20,143 nucleotides of DNA from Thermoproteota archaeon (GCA_029258835.1 JAPDJY010000064.1:1-20143); one strand, 5' to 3'. Numbered from the stretch's first letter, positions 1-8,165 are shown. The notes: generated by a model not told the origin, from the letters alone. Made by a program: numbers and translations.

Positions 1-491
1 ACGGCTACGACGCTTGACCCCGGATACTCCTCCCAAAGCCTTTTCGTCACATCATAGATCATTCCCCCCCACAGGTCTCCCGCGTCCTTAAGCCTCACCT
101 CATCATCCTCTATGGAAATGTAGGTTGGCTTGTCAGCCCTCCCGGTAACCACTAGATGGTCGTAGCCTGCGAACTTTAACTGGGCCGCGAACCCTCCTCC
201 TCCGCCGGACGTCCCATAGAGCCCTGTGAGAGGCATCTTAGCTGTCACGTGGATCTTTGCAGCTCCAGGAGCAAGGGTTCCGTTGAGGGGTCCTGCCCCG
301 AAGATCACAACGCTCTCCGGTGCGAGGGGGTCGACGCCAGCTGGAGCAGCCTCGTAGGCGATCCTGTTGTTAACGCCGAACCCTCCTATCAGGCTTTCAG
401 CGTACCCAAGGTCTAATGGCTTAACGCTGACCTCCCCCTTGGAAAGGTCGACGTAGAGCACTTTCCCAGCGTAACCGTAGAGTTCAGCCAC
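1..491 (-). CDS. aor: Aldehyde:ferredoxin oxidoreductase family protein (W/Mo-pterin), N-terminal part, runs off the left edge
   Basis: Not in the ORF track. Manual translation from GTG at 491 (alternative GTG at 500): MAELYGYAGKVLYVDLSKGEV...LIGGFGVNNRI...DPLAPESVVIFGAGPLNGT...KMPLTGLYGTSGGGGGFAAQLKFAGYDHLVVTGRADKPTYI...DAGDLWG...SVVAV, open to position 1. This is the typical AOR N-terminal domain. It overlaps the ferredoxin stop. Confidence 0.92.
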   Translation of the reverse strand, partial: MAELYGYAGKVLYVDLSKGEVSVKPLDLGYAESLIGGFGVNNRIAYEAAPAGVDPLAPESVVIFGAGPLNGTLAPGAAKIHVTAKMPLTGLYGTSGGGGGFAAQLKFAGYDHLVVTGRADKPTYISIEDDEVRLKDAGDLWGGMIYDVTKRLWEEYPGSSVVA

Positions 492-720
492 CTCCTCCAC
501 CCCCAACCGTTAAGGCACCGTAAAGACACCACTTCACACATTCGAGGCATCCCTTACAATCCTCAGAATACTCTACCCGCATCGCTCCCCCCACCCTTGA
601 AATTCTTATCATAGCCTTCGAGAGGCTGAAAGACCCGTAGTTCTTGAGGGAGCATGCAAGCTGGCACGCCAAACAGCCGACACACCTCTCAGGATTCACC
701 ATGACACGGGAAGCCGTCAC
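484..720 (-). CDS. 2x[4Fe-4S] ferredoxin-like protein, AOR-associated
   Basis: Two CxxCxxCxxxC motifs (CVGCLACQLAC, CKGCLECVKWC). Start placed at GTG 720 after a GGGGGTG SD-like site (ORF track extends to 753). Overlaps the AOR start. Confidence 0.88.
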   Translation of the reverse strand: MTASRVMVNPERCVGCLACQLACSLKNYGSFSLSKAMIRISRVGGAMRVEYSEDCKGCLECVKWCLYGALTVGGGGGG

Positions 721-838
721 ATACACCCCCACAAGCCATTCAATAACCATCACAAGCGTTGAGAAACAAAAAACGTTTTTGCATACTATTAGAGCAGGCT
801 CCCTGAGGCCGCGGGGAGGATCAAATGCCCTTTTTCTG

Positions 839-1150
839 CTAGATTTCCACTCCCTCCTCTACGGCCTTCCTGACTATTCCTACTTCCCTTCTCTTCTTTT
901 CGAATTCCTCAGGAGTGTAAGGCAACAGGTCGACTGCCACGTCCTCGTCGAGCAATTCTAGGAGCCTAGATATCCTCTCCAAGAAGTGAACTCCTCTAAA
1001 TTTCTCGCTTACAATAATCAAGTCGTAGTCGCTGTCCTTCAGGTGGTCTCCTCTGGCCCTGCTTCCGAAAAGAATCATCCTTTCAGGATTGTAGGCTTCC
1101 TTTACCCTCCGCAGGAAAACCCTTAACTCTTCAGGTTCTCTTCCACCCAT
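839..1150 (-). CDS. MNT (minimal nucleotidyltransferase) antitoxin
   Basis: GS-X10-DXD motif (GSRARGDHLKDSDYD), later VDLLPYTPEE; 103 aa; overlaps the HEPN 3' end. Confidence 0.92.
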   Translation of the reverse strand: MGGREPEELRVFLRRVKEAYNPERMILFGSRARGDHLKDSDYDLIIVSEKFRGVHFLERISRLLELLDEDVAVDLLPYTPEEFEKKRREVGIVRKAVEEGVEI

Positions 1151-1503
1151 CTCAAAACCCTCTCAGCTATCTCCACTCTCTCCTTCACTATCTCCACATC
1201 ATACAGCTCGTACGGGAGACCATGGGCGGCGTTAGGATACCTAGCCATCACGAAGTCAGGAGCGATCCTCCGCAGTAGGCTGTGAAAGTCCTCCGGAACT
1301 CCAACCCGCCGTCCTAAGGAAATAAGCGAATGCGTCTTCTCCAGCTCGCCATGCTTGTGGATGCAAAGTGCTTTTAAAGCCTTCTCCACAGCCTGATGAA
1401 CAAGGAAGGCGGCCACATAGTACTCGCCAACCTCGACGTTTTTCCTTGCAGCCTCCAAGTCCCTTAAAGCCTGCTTCCACCAGTTAACGACTTCCTCCCT
1501 CAA
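1123..1503 (-). CDS. HEPN domain protein (toxin of HEPN-MNT pair)
   Basis: WWKQALRDLEAA...AAFLVHQAVEKALKA...KTHSL...RYPNAAH, an archaeal HEPN pattern. Probable start TTG 1503 (ORF track 1545). Confidence 0.9.
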   Translation of the reverse strand: MREEVVNWWKQALRDLEAARKNVEVGEYYVAAFLVHQAVEKALKALCIHKHGELEKTHSLISLGRRVGVPEDFHSLLRRIAPDFVMARYPNAAHGLPYELYDVEIVKERVEIAERVLRWVEENLKS

Positions 1504-1664
1504 AGATCCCACAATCCAAGCTGTAGGCAGGAATACTTTCATCATTCTTCTTATTTTAGTTTTTCAGCCTGCGTTATGACGAAAATGGAGGGAGGAGGGC
1601 TGAGGTTAACATTTACCCGTTGTCACCATCTTTTTCATTATGGAGGAGAAAAAGGGAGTTGGGT

Positions 1665-3140
1665 TTAGGTACGCCTTCTTCGCAGTATGAAAAGTGCGAT
1701 TATTGATGCTGCTGCGGTGGCTCCGGCTCCCGCCAGGATTGGCGTCACGTTCTGGGATGACTGAATGGCGTTCACCACCAATAATAGTGGTAGGAAGCGT
1801 GATACCAGTACGTCTCCTCTGCAGTTCCCTATTATGGCGAAGTAGGTGAGGTGGCTTACCGTGACTGTGATCGTGTTTGACTCCGTGTCGACCGTGCTGT
1901 TCAACTTAACCCAGCTTGCCCCGTCCCAGTAGTAGATCGCCAGGCTACTTTCATCCAGCCCTGCGGCGTCAACCTCTTCATCGTAGTACATGAAGGTTAG
2001 CGTTAAGCTCTCAAGCACCGACGTGTCATTGACTTCGACGTTCACGAACCTTCCTAGGAACCCTGAGAGGAAGGGTGCCCCTCCAGCAGGGTTCTCCGTC
2101 ATGGATTCAAGGTCGAGCCTCACGCTTCCATTAACTCTGATTACGAGGTTCATCAGGGCGACGTCAAACGTGATGTTGTGCTCCCCCGCCGTCAGGTTGT
2201 AGGACGCCGAGCCAGCCCCGTACTCTGGAACGTAGGTGAAGTGCACTGCTACGTCCATTAGCGTCCCTCCGGGGATAAGCCACGAGATGCTGTACCCGTC
2301 ATCCCTGGTTTCGTTGCTCGCGTACCCTCCCTGTATGGTTGTTGGGGTGTATTCGACTAGGGTTCCAGGAGACTCTAGGTTGACGAGAAGCGTCGTGTTT
2401 AACGTGACATCCTCCGCGGCGATACCTAGGCTGCTCTTCATGTTGAATTCGTAATCGTTACCTGACCTGTTGAAAGCGTTGGGGACGTCGAGTAAAACCT
2501 GCGCGACCCCGAACACGGTTAAGCTTGACCCAATAACGTCTGTTATTCTGATCCTCGACTCGTCATGCACGTCTGCTATCATCTTTGTGAACGTTTCAGG
2601 GGGGAGAAGGTCTTTCAGGTTGTCCGGGTCTCCTTCAAGGTCCATCACGCGCTGCCCGATGATCATGTTTCCATAGGTGAACACCATTGTAGAGCTTGAC
2701 TTTATGGTTATACCCAGTGATGAAAGGGTGCTGCTTAGCTGGTCCATGAGCTGGTTCAACGCGTTTTTGCAGTAGTCCTCGCTGACGGATTGAAACGTTG
2801 TCTCGATCGAGGCTTGAAACGGCTCCTCCTCCACGACGACGGATGCCCCGCTTAAGTTCTCGAGGAACGAGCTGCTTGGGCTGAGTCCAAGGTATGATGA
2901 GGAAGCATGTGCAAGGAACTCGAACCCAGCCTCTCCCGACAGTGGATGCAGGTATATGTCGACCTCCTGGAGGGAAGGTGTGACGCTTGCGACGCCGTTA
3001 GCAACAACCACGCCGTGCTGCTGGCGTTGAACCGGGTTGCTGAGGAAGGTGGATGGTGGATGAAACGTGGGAAGGGTTGCGGCGACAAGCAGCATGATAA
3101 CCGCTATTAGGGCTGCCCCTGCCACCTTCCCTTTCTCCAC
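1665..3140 (-). CDS. Secreted, C-terminally membrane-anchored surface (glyco)protein with a PGF-pre-PGF-like beta domain
   Basis: Likely start GTG 3140 giving MEKGKVAGAALIAVIMLLVAA (signal peptide). Ten N-X-S/T sequons. C-terminal domain LDESSLAIYYWDGASWVKL..VDTESNTITVTVSHLTYFAI, then a TM helix and RRRRT. ORF track extends to 3224. Confidence 0.8.
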   Translation of the reverse strand: MEKGKVAGAALIAVIMLLVAATLPTFHPPSTFLSNPVQRQQHGVVVANGVASVTPSLQEVDIYLHPLSGEAGFEFLAHASSSYLGLSPSSSFLENLSGASVVVEEEPFQASIETTFQSVSEDYCKNALNQLMDQLSSTLSSLGITIKSSSTMVFTYGNMIIGQRVMDLEGDPDNLKDLLPPETFTKMIADVHDESRIRITDVIGSSLTVFGVAQVLLDVPNAFNRSGNDYEFNMKSSLGIAAEDVTLNTTLLVNLESPGTLVEYTPTTIQGGYASNETRDDGYSISWLIPGGTLMDVAVHFTYVPEYGAGSASYNLTAGEHNITFDVALMNLVIRVNGSVRLDLESMTENPAGGAPFLSGFLGRFVNVEVNDTSVLESLTLTFMYYDEEVDAAGLDESSLAIYYWDGASWVKLNSTVDTESNTITVTVSHLTYFAIIGNCRGDVLVSRFLPLLLVVNAIQSSQNVTPILAGAGATAAASIIALFILRRRRT

Positions 3141-3274
3141 GCCACTTCCCCCATTTTTCCTCAACCTAATGTAACAGAAAATGGTATTAAAAATTAAAAC
3201 TTGCGAGGGGGCACGGCGCTCCACGAACGCTTAAAATCATGAGAGGGGCTTAGCTAAAGGAGCTCTCCAAGTGC

Positions 3275-3336
3275 GTGAGCAGCCTTAAGAGGGGTCTTTA
3301 AGCCTGAAACCGGTAAGGTTCATCCCGGCTGCTCAT
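3275..3336. other. Inverted-repeat-closed three-way stem-loop
   Basis: TGAGCAGCC (3276-3284) and GGCTGCTCA (3327-3335) form a perfect 9-bp inverted repeat enclosing two small imperfect hairpins. Confidence 0.5.
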
Positions 3337-3361
3337 AGAATTATCCTTCCTAGAGTGTTTC

Positions 3362-3532
3362 CTTTACCTTCCCCTTCAAGGAGGGGGTGCTGTCCACTAA
3401 ATGGGGGACTAAAACCTTCCCATCCTCCACTAAGGTAACGTTTATGGTGGTGTTGCACCCTTCAGTGGTAACCCTTGCTATTAACGCCGGCTTCACCCCT
3501 CCCCGGAGGGAGGGGGAGTCGATACGTTAATA
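3362..3532. repeat. Pair of related palindromic direct repeats; possible non-autonomous IS200/IS605-type (PATE/MITE-like) relic
   Basis: Minus-strand copies 3518-3491 (CTCCCCCTCCCTCCGGGGAGGGGTGAAG) and 3389-3362 (CACCCCCTCCTTGAAGGGGAAGGTAAAG) match at 19/28 positions and each can form a hairpin. The first lies within a 54-nt hairpin at 3479-3532. Confidence 0.4.
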
Positions 3533-3594
3533 TTCGATCACTTCCTCTTTTATTTTTCCAAGGAAAGTTTTTTCAAGGAAAGCTGGAGGAGGGT

Positions 3595-5340
3595 ATGCTC
3601 TTGGCTGAGGTTAAACTTTCCAACTCCTTCTACGACGTGGTTCTCTACTATGATAGGGATAGCCAATGGGTTAGACCTGGACGCCCGTGGAGCAAGTGGT
3701 ATGGGAGGCAGTACAGGGTTAAGTGGTATGGCCAACCCGAGGGGAGGGAGGTGGAGATCCCCCGGACGGTGAAGTATCCTGAGATTCCAATCCACACGTT
3801 CGGCCGGGAGGCTGCGGAGAACTTCCCTAACAATGTGGCGGTATACTACGTCCCAAAGGAGAGGAAGTACACTTACCGTGAGTTGATGTATTGGAGTGAC
3901 AGGATCGCAGCTGGGTTAAGCGACCTCGGCATAGGGAGGGGAGACGCGGTTGGCGTTTACATGGCTAACTGCCCGGAGTTCGTCTTCTCCCTTTACGGTA
4001 TAACTCAGACCGGGGCTGCCGTGACGCCGATAAACCCCTTGCTGAAGGCTCCCGACATAGTGCACATAGCGAAGGATAGCGGGATACTTAAGGCGGTGTT
4101 TTGCACCTCTGACATATACCCGGAGGTTGAAAAGGCGAGGGATGAAGTGGACATCGAGGAAGTAATAGTGGTGGGTGAGGAGAAGCCGAACACGATAAAC
4201 TATGGGGAGTTCGTTGAGAGGTACCCGCCGAAGCCGCCGGACGTCGAGATAAAACCGAGGGAGGACTTGTGTGCCCTAATGTACACGGGTGGAACAACCG
4301 GGCTGCCGAAGGGGGTGATGCTAACCCACTACAACATAGTTGCGAACGTCATCCAGTCGTACGTGTCCAACTCCGGGGACCGTACCTCAGACGGCTTTGG
4401 GAGGGGGGCAGTAGCGGCTGTTCTACCCATGTGCCACGTGTTCGGCTTCACCATGGTTCAAGGCTACATATACTCGAAGACTATGATGATAATGTATCGC
4501 GGCTTCGACCCCGAGTTGGTCATGAAGCACATAGAACAGTACAAGTGCAACGCGTTCATAGGAATCCCACTCATGTACCATATGATGATAAACCATCCCA
4601 GCTTTGGGAAGTACGACCTTTCATCCTTATCCTTGTCCGTCTCCGGCGCCGACACGCTTCCAGTTCATCTTTCGGAGAAGTGGAAGGAGAAGACGGGGGA
4701 GGACGTCGCCCAGGGATACGGGCTTTCGGAGGCAAGCCCGGTGACACACAGCCAGCCAACGTGGCTTCCGAAGCGGGGGGATAGCATAGGGATTCCGCTG
4801 ATCGACACTGACGCGAAGATAGTAGACATGGATACTGGGGAGGAGCTTCCTCCAGGGGAAGTTGGAGAGCTGATGGTTAGGGGGCCTCAGGTTATGAAGG
4901 GGTACTGGGGGAAGCCTGAGAAGACAAAGGAGGTTCTCAGCGAGGATGGGTGGCTCAGGACAGGGGACCTAGCCAGGATGGACGAGAACGGCTACTTCTA
5001 CATTGAGGGAAGAACCAAGGACATGATAAAGTATAAAGGCTACAAGGTTATGCCTGAAGACGTTGAGACAGAACTCTACAAGCATCCCGCAGTGTTAGAG
5101 TGCGCCGTGGTAGGCGTCCCCGACCCGAAGGTGGGAGAAACCATAAAGGCGTTCATAGTGTTAAAGCCAGAATACAAGGGTAAAGTGAGCGAGGAGGAGT
5201 TGATAAGCTGGGCTAAGGAGAGGATGGCAGGGTACAAGTGGCCCAGAAGGGTGGAATTCATAGACGCCATCCCCCGCACCCCGGTAGGAAAAGTCTTCAG
5301 GCGGAAGCTAAGGGAGATGGAAGCTGAAAAAGCAGGCTAA
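3595..5340 (+). CDS. Long-chain-fatty-acid--CoA ligase / AMP-dependent acyl-CoA synthetase (FadD-like)
   Basis: YTGGTTGLPKG, QGYGLSE, GWLRTGD, GRTKDMI and PRTPVGK adenylate-forming motifs. ATG 3595 (or TTG 3601) follows GGAGGAGGGT. The ORF-track start at 3475 is likely over-extended. Confidence 0.93.
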   Translation: MLLAEVKLSNSFYDVVLYYDRDSQWVRPGRPWSKWYGRQYRVKWYGQPEGREVEIPRTVKYPEIPIHTFGREAAENFPNNVAVYYVPKERKYTYRELMYWSDRIAAGLSDLGIGRGDAVGVYMANCPEFVFSLYGITQTGAAVTPINPLLKAPDIVHIAKDSGILKAVFCTSDIYPEVEKARDEVDIEEVIVVGEEKPNTINYGEFVERYPPKPPDVEIKPREDLCALMYTGGTTGLPKGVMLTHYNIVANVIQSYVSNSGDRTSDGFGRGAVAAVLPMCHVFGFTMVQGYIYSKTMMIMYRGFDPELVMKHIEQYKCNAFIGIPLMYHMMINHPSFGKYDLSSLSLSVSGADTLPVHLSEKWKEKTGEDVAQGYGLSEASPVTHSQPTWLPKRGDSIGIPLIDTDAKIVDMDTGEELPPGEVGELMVRGPQVMKGYWGKPEKTKEVLSEDGWLRTGDLARMDENGYFYIEGRTKDMIKYKGYKVMPEDVETELYKHPAVLECAVVGVPDPKVGETIKAFIVLKPEYKGKVSEEELISWAKERMAGYKWPRRVEFIDAIPRTPVGKVFRRKLREMEAEKAG

Positions 5341-5475
5341 GCCATCAGGCACAACCTTTCTGTTAAACAGGTGGATGGGAACTCCCCGGGGATGCAGCGT
5401 ATCAGAAGTGAAATCAGAAGTTAAATTTTGGTGCTTGGGGAACGGCCGGGTTCTCCCGATGCATTCCGGGAGGCG

Positions 5476-5832
5476 TCATTCTCCTTGCTCAGCGCTGAAA
5501 ATGTCTTCGTCATGCTTCACCACCACCCCTTTTTCCTCTGCCTCCAAGACGAGGGGGTTCCCTCTTTCGGCTTGCCTCCTGTATTCTTCAGGGGTTAAAG
5601 GTATAACTTGAAATCCGGGTGGGACGTCTATTTCCATGAGCCTATCCAAGGGTGACCCCTTGAAATCCCTTGATATTAGGAGGACGTCTACGTCACTCCA
5701 AAGGTTAAAGTCCCCCCTCGCGTAGGATCCCACCACTATAGCTGTAACTTTGAATGGCAGCTCCCGCACCCAGCTCGAAACCCTTCCTATAATCTTCTCC
5801 CTGCTTCTCCTCCTTTCCTCAATGATTTCCAT
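5476..5832 (-). CDS. MNT nucleotidyltransferase antitoxin (second copy)
   Basis: GSYARGDFNLWSDVD (GS-X10-DXD), VIPLTPEE. Start ATG 5832 with GGAGG SD (alternative 5847). Confidence 0.9.
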   Translation of the reverse strand: MEIIEERRRSREKIIGRVSSWVRELPFKVTAIVVGSYARGDFNLWSDVDVLLISRDFKGSPLDRLMEIDVPPGFQVIPLTPEEYRRQAERGNPLVLEAEEKGVVVKHDEDIFSAEQGE

Positions 5833-6214
5833 GTTTCCTCCACCCATTTAATGATCGTCAGCATGCTTAATAGCGTTTCCAGCGTCCTCCCTAAGTGTAA
5901 TAATCCTCGGGAGCTCCTTCAACCCACGCGTTCGGGTACCTCGTTGGGACATAGTACTTGTCAAGTGTTTTGGCTGCTTGAAGCAGGGCTTCAACGTTCA
6001 AGCTTTTAGGAAGACTCTCCAGCAACTTTGACACGCTGTGCCCGTAAGCGGGTAGCCCGAAGCCGTGGAGTAAACCTTTTACGGCGAACTCTGCTGCTTG
6101 CTGGGCTTTAAAGCAAGCCTAGTTGTAGTCCTCCCTTTCAAGATCCCCTCTAGCAGAATCCAGAGTAGACCTAGAAGACCTAATCCACCTCGCGTACTCC
6201 TCTTCATCCAGCAT
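5787..6214 (-). pseudogene. Disrupted HEPN toxin gene
   Basis: Manual translation from ATG 6214: MLDEEEYARWIRSSRSTLDSARGDLEREDYN*ACFKAQQAAEFAVKGLL...YGHSVSKLL...LDKYYVPTRYPNAWVEGAPEDYYT / REDAGNAIKHA / TIIKWVEETWKSLRKGGEAGRRL*. In-frame TAG at 6121-6119 (W expected) and frameshifts near 5893 and 5859. Confidence 0.9.
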
Positions 6215-6221
6215 GTAAAAC

Positions 6222-6257
6222 ACCCTCTCAGGAGAGGGTATTCAACGTGCATTTAAA
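6222..6257 (-). promoter_or_regulatory. Putative TATA box and palindromic operator of the second HEPN-MNT operon
   Basis: TTTAAA at 6257-6252. Perfect 8-bp inverted repeat ACCCTCTC-AG-GAGAGGGT at 6222-6239, between the TATA box and ATG 6214. Confidence 0.5.
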
Positions 6258-6379
6258 CCCAAGTTGTATGTGCCGTTACGTGTTTAAAGGCTTACAGTTT
6301 AAGGGGCGATGCTGAACTCCAGGCAAGGTAGCCGGCTTCTAGCGGCACGTGGAATGAGTGTTGCCCTCTGTTCGCCCGC

Positions 6380-8101
6380 TTAAAACGTCCAGTATTCCCT
6401 CCAGAACCGTGACGTTACCGTTGGAGCGGTGGAGTAGTCGAGTATTGTGGCGGCTTCGGGGTCTACGTGGACGTCTATGACGGCAGGGACGTTCTCCCTT
6501 AAAGCTCTCCGGATTGCCGGCTTGATTTCCTCCGGCTCGGTGACCGTCTCCCCGTATCCTCCAAGGCTCTCAGCAAACCTGTCGTATCTTGCTTTTCCAC
6601 CCAGCTTTGTCCCAACGGAGGCTTTCTCTTTAGACTTCCATGCAAGTACATTTTGGTGGTAGACCATCCCCCAGTAACCATCGTTTACCACCACTATTAC
6701 AAGTGGAACGTTGTATCTTACCGCTGTATCTATTTCCACGCCGTTGAGGAGGAAGCTTCCATCCCCAGTCACAACGAAGACCTTCTTCTCCGGCCTCGCG
6801 AGCTTCGCAGCTATCCCCATGGGAATCCCGCCTCCCAAGTGCCCCAGCGGACCCTGCGAACCTATCACTTGCCCTGGGAAGCGTGCCTTAAGGTACGTGT
6901 AGGCCCAAACGGCCGCGTCACCGCCATCCAAGATGGCAAGCGCGTCGTCTGTCATGAATTCGCGTAGCTCCTTCATCAACCTCTCCGGCCTTATAGGCTT
7001 AGCTGAAGAGTCACCTGCCCTTTCAAATCCTGAGAAAAACGTTTTCTTAGCCTCTGCCACCTCCCTCGCCCAACTCCCATCCCTACTCTTCTCATTTCTT
7101 GAGACTTGCTTTACTGCATCAATTAGCTGGGATAAAACCGCCTTAGGGTCTCCAACTATTCCCAAGTCTACCGGACGGTTCTTCCCCATAACGCTTGGGT
7201 CTATGTCAACGTGTATTACTTTTAAGTCCTTAGGGTACATCGTCTCGTCGACGCCAAACCCTAACGACTCGTTGAAGCACACCCCGACAGCTAGCATGAC
7301 GTCGGGCCTCACGAAGCGTAAGGCTCCAATAGCGTTCCCCGCGCAGAGAGGGTGATCGTCTGGAATGCACCCCTGCCCAAGGTCGTAGTAGCATACGGGT
7401 ATCTGTGTTAACTCGGCAAGTCTCACCAGCTCCTCTGAGGCGTCCGCCCAGTAAACCCCGCTCCCCGCGAATATTATCGGCTTCTCGGCGCTCAGTAACA
7501 TTTCCGCAGCCCTTTTTACCAGCACCGGGTCCCCGTACACCCTCCCTGCCGACCTACACCTCTCTGGAGGAATCATAGGAACCTTCGAACCTTCACAGGT
7601 TAGGCATAGGGTGTCAAGTGGAATGTCCAAGACTGCAGGGCACATTTTCCCAGTTAACGCCGCTCTAAACGCGTCTTGCACATACTCCGGAATCCTGTAA
7701 ACCATCGAGCACGACCTTGCCCACTTCGCGACCGAGCTGACTAAGGCTATAGTGTCGATCTCTTGGAAGCCGTACTTATCTAGGAGCGCGAACGGGGAGC
7801 GTCCTGTAATAGCGATGACCGGGCTGCCGGCGTGATAAGCCTGAACTAAGGCGGGGAACATGTTTGTAACCCCCGGGCCTGCGGTGACGAGGCACACCCC
7901 GGGAGTCCTCGTAACCCTCCCCCAGCCATCAGCGGCGTTTCCGGCAGCCTGCTCATGCCTTACACTCACGATTTCGATCCCCTCGTCGATCAACCCTTCA
8001 TATATCGGGGAGATATGTCTTCCCGGAAGAGAGAAAACGTACTTTACTCCCTCCGCCTTCAGGGCCTTAGCGACAAGCCTTCCACCAGATACTTCACCCA
8101 T
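6380..8101 (-). CDS. Thiamine-diphosphate-dependent enzyme (IlvB-like / 2-hydroxyacyl-CoA lyase-like)
   Basis: RHEQAA (catalytic Glu), TAGPGVTN, GPLGHLGGG and the GDGSF...NDG ThDP-binding motif. Start ATG 8101 after GAGAGGAG (ORF track 8125). Confidence 0.9.
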   Translation of the reverse strand: MGEVSGGRLVAKALKAEGVKYVFSLPGRHISPIYEGLIDEGIEIVSVRHEQAAGNAADGWGRVTRTPGVCLVTAGPGVTNMFPALVQAYHAGSPVIAITGRSPFALLDKYGFQEIDTIALVSSVAKWARSCSMVYRIPEYVQDAFRAALTGKMCPAVLDIPLDTLCLTCEGSKVPMIPPERCRSAGRVYGDPVLVKRAAEMLLSAEKPIIFAGSGVYWADASEELVRLAELTQIPVCYYDLGQGCIPDDHPLCAGNAIGALRFVRPDVMLAVGVCFNESLGFGVDETMYPKDLKVIHVDIDPSVMGKNRPVDLGIVGDPKAVLSQLIDAVKQVSRNEKSRDGSWAREVAEAKKTFFSGFERAGDSSAKPIRPERLMKELREFMTDDALAILDGGDAAVWAYTYLKARFPGQVIGSQGPLGHLGGGIPMGIAAKLARPEKKVFVVTGDGSFLLNGVEIDTAVRYNVPLVIVVVNDGYWGMVYHQNVLAWKSKEKASVGTKLGGKARYDRFAESLGGYGETVTEPEEIKPAIRRALRENVPAVIDVHVDPEAATILDYSTAPTVTSRFWREYWTF

Positions 8102-8153
8102 CTTAGATCTCCTCTCACCAGTCAAGAGTGGCGGCTACTAAACTGAAAGGCCA

Positions 8154-8165
8154 AAATATATATTT
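8154..8165. promoter_or_regulatory. Palindromic AT box, probable shared TATA for the divergent ThDP enzyme and dehydrogenase genes
   Basis: AAATATATATTT, a perfect 12-bp palindrome in the ~90-100-bp divergent gap. Confidence 0.5.

Noticed and set aside
5353-5365. 13-mer AACCTTTCTGTTA repeated at 14431-14443
   Set aside because: A few exact 13-mer pairs are expected by chance in 20 kb, and the two contexts differ.
6119-6121. In-frame TAG in HEPN2 as pyrrolysine or recoding
   Set aside because: A single TGG-to-TAG change explains it, the gene also has two frameshifts, and TAG is used as a normal stop elsewhere in the window.
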